Part shown: positions 7,726 through 10,372 of the stretch, piece after piece | How the letters are laid out: each line of letters starts with the position of its first letter | Numbering within the stretch: position 1 is the first letter of the stretch | NCBI GenBank assembly: GCA_043739185.1 | Contig: JAYUEN010000473.1 | Location: forward strand, 1-10,372 | DNA: 10,372 nt | Source of the DNA: Bdellovibrionales bacterium | GTDB lineage: Bacteria; Bdellovibrionota; Bdellovibrionia; Bdellovibrionales; JAMPXM01 | Reading direction: 5' to 3' | Made by a program: the position numbers and the translations under genes | The notes under the pieces: generated by a model | Databases searched by the model: none | What the model saw: the letters and a program-made list of their open reading frames with translations, nothing else | What the model was told of the DNA's origin: nothing

Positions 7726-8376
7726 CTAATTGGGCATACTAATGATAGCGCTCATCCCCGAAGTGACTTTATAGAAATAGTAATCGAGCATAATGGTAGC
7801 ATAGCGATCAAGCTGCCCAGTATGACCTGAATCTACCCATCTTTGATGTGCTGTCTGTGGACTAATTCCCATAAACAAAACCTCGTAAAGCGCTGCCAGA
7901 AGCCCAGTGCGATCTTTTCCGAATTCGCAATGAATGAAAACCGGCTGCATTTTGGGATCACTCATAATTGAAATCGCTCGAGTAACAGTGGCTTGTTGCG
8001 TCAAGGTCATAGTGAAACTACTAAGTCGCTGCGGAACCCAGTTCATCCCAAGATTTGCGGCTGTGAGTTTCTCTTGCGCCATTACTTCATCTAATTCGCC
8101 TGGTTCAACGGTGCCAACAACAGAACCCAGTAAATCATAATCGCCACCTTGAAGATCAATGATAGTTTTTACCCCCGCCAATTTTAGTGTACGCAAATCT
8201 TCAGGCTGAGGCCGGCCACCGCGGTAAACTTTTGCCGCATCAATTATAAAGAACTTAGGAATATCCTGAGATGCCTTAAGTAAGGCCGCTGATTTTGTCT
8301 GATCAGGCTCAGCGAATGCATTTGCCAATAAACCAAATAAACATAAAAACAAGCTAACAGCTTTAATCGACTTCAC
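7726..8376 (-). CDS. Exported Cys-dependent tyrosine/dual-specificity (PTP-superfamily) phosphatase, 216 aa
   Basis: The P-loop is PVFIHCEFGKDRTG (CX5R), with upstream VYRGGRP and GVKTIIDL motifs. The Sec signal peptide ends ANAFA. The GTG start has GGGG immediately upstream. Confidence 0.92.
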   Translation of the reverse strand: MKSIKAVSLFLCLFGLLANAFAEPDQTKSAALLKASQDIPKFFIIDAAKVYRGGRPQPEDLRTLKLAGVKTIIDLQGGDYDLLGSVVGTVEPGELDEVMAQEKLTAANLGMNWVPQRLSSFTMTLTQQATVTRAISIMSDPKMQPVFIHCEFGKDRTGLLAALYEVLFMGISPQTAHQRWVDSGHTGQLDRYATIMLDYYFYKVTSGMSAIISMPN

Positions 8377-8393
8377 AAATCCCCATTTTTTAA

Positions 8394-8957
8394 TTACTTA
8401 ACCCAATGCACTTTCTGAGTCGCTTCTTGTACGGACTCAATCTCTGCGCAGAATTTTTTCATTAAAGGTTCAGCAAAGTCACGCGAAAGAATAGAATAAT
8501 CACTCAATGCGCAAGTTTTAACCGGAGTATTTTCGTTGGTTACATTAACTGCAAAATGAATCAAACTCGAAACTGGTGAAAGCGTGGCAATACTAATACT
8601 TAATTTTCGATCCAGACAAAAAATATCGTCACCTTCTCTGCGAAAATTTTTGGCCTCTTGTGGAGCCAATTCCCGAACGATTTCAAGTGCTAACCCCGCT
8701 AATAATCTCTGCATTAATACGCCTGAAAATAGCGGAGTTGAAAACTTCTCAACTATGAAATGAAGCATTAAATTGGATCTGATTTCACTGCGTGCCAAAA
8801 AATCTTCGCCGTCCACCATATGCTCAAAGGGAATATCACAGGCTCCTTGCCAGGCTACAATCGAATCCCCCATGAGAGAATATTCTAAGTAAGCAAATAA
8901 GGATCTAAGCTGAGTACCATCATATTTGAATTCTTTTTCTATCCATTTATATTTCAT
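8394..8957 (-). CDS. DUF366 family protein (biotin/lipoate ligase-like fold), 187 aa
   Basis: Motifs I recognise as DUF366-like: YDGTQL, GDSIVAWQGACD, MVDGED, MLHFIVEKF, QRLL, REGDDI, KLSISIAT and IHFAVNV. The start overlaps the queC end by 11 bp. Confidence 0.85.
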   Translation of the reverse strand: MKYKWIEKEFKYDGTQLRSLFAYLEYSLMGDSIVAWQGACDIPFEHMVDGEDFLARSEIRSNLMLHFIVEKFSTPLFSGVLMQRLLAGLALEIVRELAPQEAKNFRREGDDIFCLDRKLSISIATLSPVSSLIHFAVNVTNENTPVKTCALSDYSILSRDFAEPLMKKFCAEIESVQEATQKVHWVK

Positions 8958-9627
8958 TTTTCATCCATTTGGTTGCTATGTGATTGAGCTTGGCTGCTCT
9001 GATAAAGCGCTTGCAAGATTCACATTGCTGGCAGGGTTTGAGAGCGTCAAAGTAACAGGGCCAAATATTTTCAAAATTGATCTTAAGCTCAAGGCCTCGC
9101 TTTATAATTTCAGTCTTATTGAGATGACTCGTAAAACATTTCACTTTCACCGCATTGGCGGTAGAAAACTTAAATGATTCATTTAGACTTTCGATAAAGC
9201 CGACAGAATTGTCTTTGAAAGTCGCGGCCTCTTCAGCGTTGAATCCAGGTATGATCCAATCTGCATTTAGACTTTCAGCGTATCCGGCAGCAATATTGAG
9301 TAAAATGCCGTTTCGATTTGGGACCCATACTGACTTTGCAGTCTGTTTTGAAATCCTCAAATTATCAATTCGGACCTCATTGGTGGGTACCTTTAAATCT
9401 CGATCAATGAGAGCCGAGCCCCCAAAATCAAGCATCCATTTGAGATCAATACTGTGATGTTTTATCTTAAGTTTACGACAAAGCTTCTTTGCAAAATATA
9501 ATTCCCGCTTAGCCGCTCTTTGTCCATAGTCGAAAGTAAGGGCCAATACCACGTCAGACACGCGAGCCGCTTCATGAAGATTCACACTCGAATCAAGTCC
9601 TGCTGACAATAAGACGATCGAGCGCAT
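8947..9627 (-). CDS. queC: 7-cyano-7-deazaguanine (preQ0) synthase QueC, 226 aa
   Basis: Has the PP-loop LLSAGLDS, TFDYGQR, VPNRNGILLNIAAGYAE, LNKTEII and the C-terminal Zn site WPCY-x6-CQQCESC. Confidence 0.93.
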   Translation of the reverse strand: MRSIVLLSAGLDSSVNLHEAARVSDVVLALTFDYGQRAAKRELYFAKKLCRKLKIKHHSIDLKWMLDFGGSALIDRDLKVPTNEVRIDNLRISKQTAKSVWVPNRNGILLNIAAGYAESLNADWIIPGFNAEEAATFKDNSVGFIESLNESFKFSTANAVKVKCFTSHLNKTEIIKRGLELKINFENIWPCYFDALKPCQQCESCKRFIRAAKLNHIATKWMKNEI

Positions 9628-9628
9628 T

Positions 9629-9985
9629 TCACTTGATCCTATTTTTTAAGGCTGCTTTTGGCTTAGCGTGCTTCTTAGTCACTTTAGAAAGCTTCGGCTT
9701 GGCGGGCTTTTCTTTATCTAAACTTTGGCGTATGGTTTTGGCTCGTAATAAAACCGCTCTCCCCAAAAGCGCAGTGATCCCACTTTTTTCGGCCAAATCG
9801 TTCGAAAAACTCTTAATTTTCTCAAATGATTTTGAAAGGCTCGAAAAACTCGAATTCGGAAGCTCCAATAGCCGTTCGTCAATTTTACCTGAACCTGCTT
9901 TTGGTGCCTTTTTTGATGATTTGCGGACAGATTTAATCTGCGTCTTAGCAGCTATCTGCTTCACTTTTTTAGATTTTTTTCTCAT
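9629..9985 (-). CDS. Small highly basic Lys-rich hypothetical protein (118 aa)
   Basis: Fills the space between recJ (12-bp gap) and queC (TGA-A-ATG, 1-bp gap) on the same strand. Hand count is 28 Lys and 7 Arg against 8 Asp/Glu. Confidence 0.72.
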   Translation of the reverse strand: MRKKSKKVKQIAAKTQIKSVRKSSKKAPKAGSGKIDERLLELPNSSFSSLSKSFEKIKSFSNDLAEKSGITALLGRAVLLRAKTIRQSLDKEKPAKPKLSKVTKKHAKPKAALKNRIK

Positions 9986-9997
9986 GGGACTAGCTAC

Positions 9998-10372
9998 TTA
10001 CCAGTCCTCATTCACTTTCACAAGATTTTTGATCTGGAGCTGAATGCTGCGATTTCCGAGAAATTCATTCCAACTGATCTCAACTAAAGCTTCTATGGAA
10101 TCACCAACATTATAATCTGTACTCTTGGGTCCAAACCAAATTGCCCTCAGTGATGGAGCACCCTTGGCTGCCAATTCCAAACTCAAATGTCCACCTTTAA
10201 GGCTTTTAACTTTTTGAATTTTTGCACCCACAAGTTTAAGAAGTGGCGTCGCATTGCCAACTCCCAAGGGTACAAAATGATCATACCAAAGCATAAAATC
10301 GAGCGAAATTTGCTCAAGCCTTACTTCAGCATCATATTGCAATACTTCATTTGTAGATGGTCTTGATTCACT
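9998..10372 (-). CDS. recJ: C-terminal (OB-fold) part of ssDNA-specific exonuclease RecJ, truncated by the window edge
   Basis: YDAEVRLEQI, FVPLGVGNATP (compare PFGxGNxxP), GGHLSLEL, LRAIWF and WNEFLGNRSIQLQI match the RecJ C-terminus. The frame stays open to 10372, so TTG at 10342 is not the true start. Confidence 0.85.
   Translation of the reverse strand, partial: SESRPSTNEVLQYDAEVRLEQISLDFMLWYDHFVPLGVGNATPLLKLVGAKIQKVKSLKGGHLSLELAAKGAPSLRAIWFGPKSTDYNVGDSIEALVEISWNEFLGNRSIQLQIKNLVKVNEDW

Noticed and set aside
8394..9627. Calling queC part of a Dpd or QatABCD-type anti-phage island
   Set aside because: No dpdA, TatD-like nuclease, ATPase or mobility genes are in the window, and the context next to recJ looks like core genome.
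9628..9997. preQ1 riboswitch upstream of queC
   Set aside because: There is no intergenic space (gaps of 1 and 12 bp) and no recognisable aptamer.
7934..10043. Plus-strand ORFs 7934-8140, 8926-9177, 9155-9457 and 9633-10043
   Set aside because: All are antisense to a tightly packed minus-strand operon. The Phe/Leu richness of 9633-10043 simply mirrors the Lys codons on the other strand.

Overview
Low-GC bacterial window (about 40% GC by eye) with every credible gene on the minus strand. The gene content and secreted-protein style suggest Bdellovibrionota/Oligoflexia (inference). Reading right to left there are three apparent units. (1) A tightly packed operon-like run: the 3' end of recJ, a small very Lys-rich ORF, a divergent queC overlapping a DUF366 (biotin/lipoate-ligase-fold) gene, and a signal-peptide-bearing Cys-dependent phosphatase (HCxxGKDRTG). 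(2) A standalone lipoprotein gene with a sigma54-like promoter, an upstream Fur-box-like or enhancer-like palindrome, and a clear intrinsic terminator. (3) Two large exported proteins: an uncharacterised ~1050-aa protein whose N-terminal part looks like a degenerate HipA/PI3-4-kinase-like fold, and a 1074-aa subtilisin-like S8 protease with a long unassigned C-terminal extension. No RNA genes, CRISPR arrays or mobile elements were seen. The best candidates for undescribed biology are the QueC-variant/DUF366 module and the exported pseudokinase-like protein plus subtilase pair.
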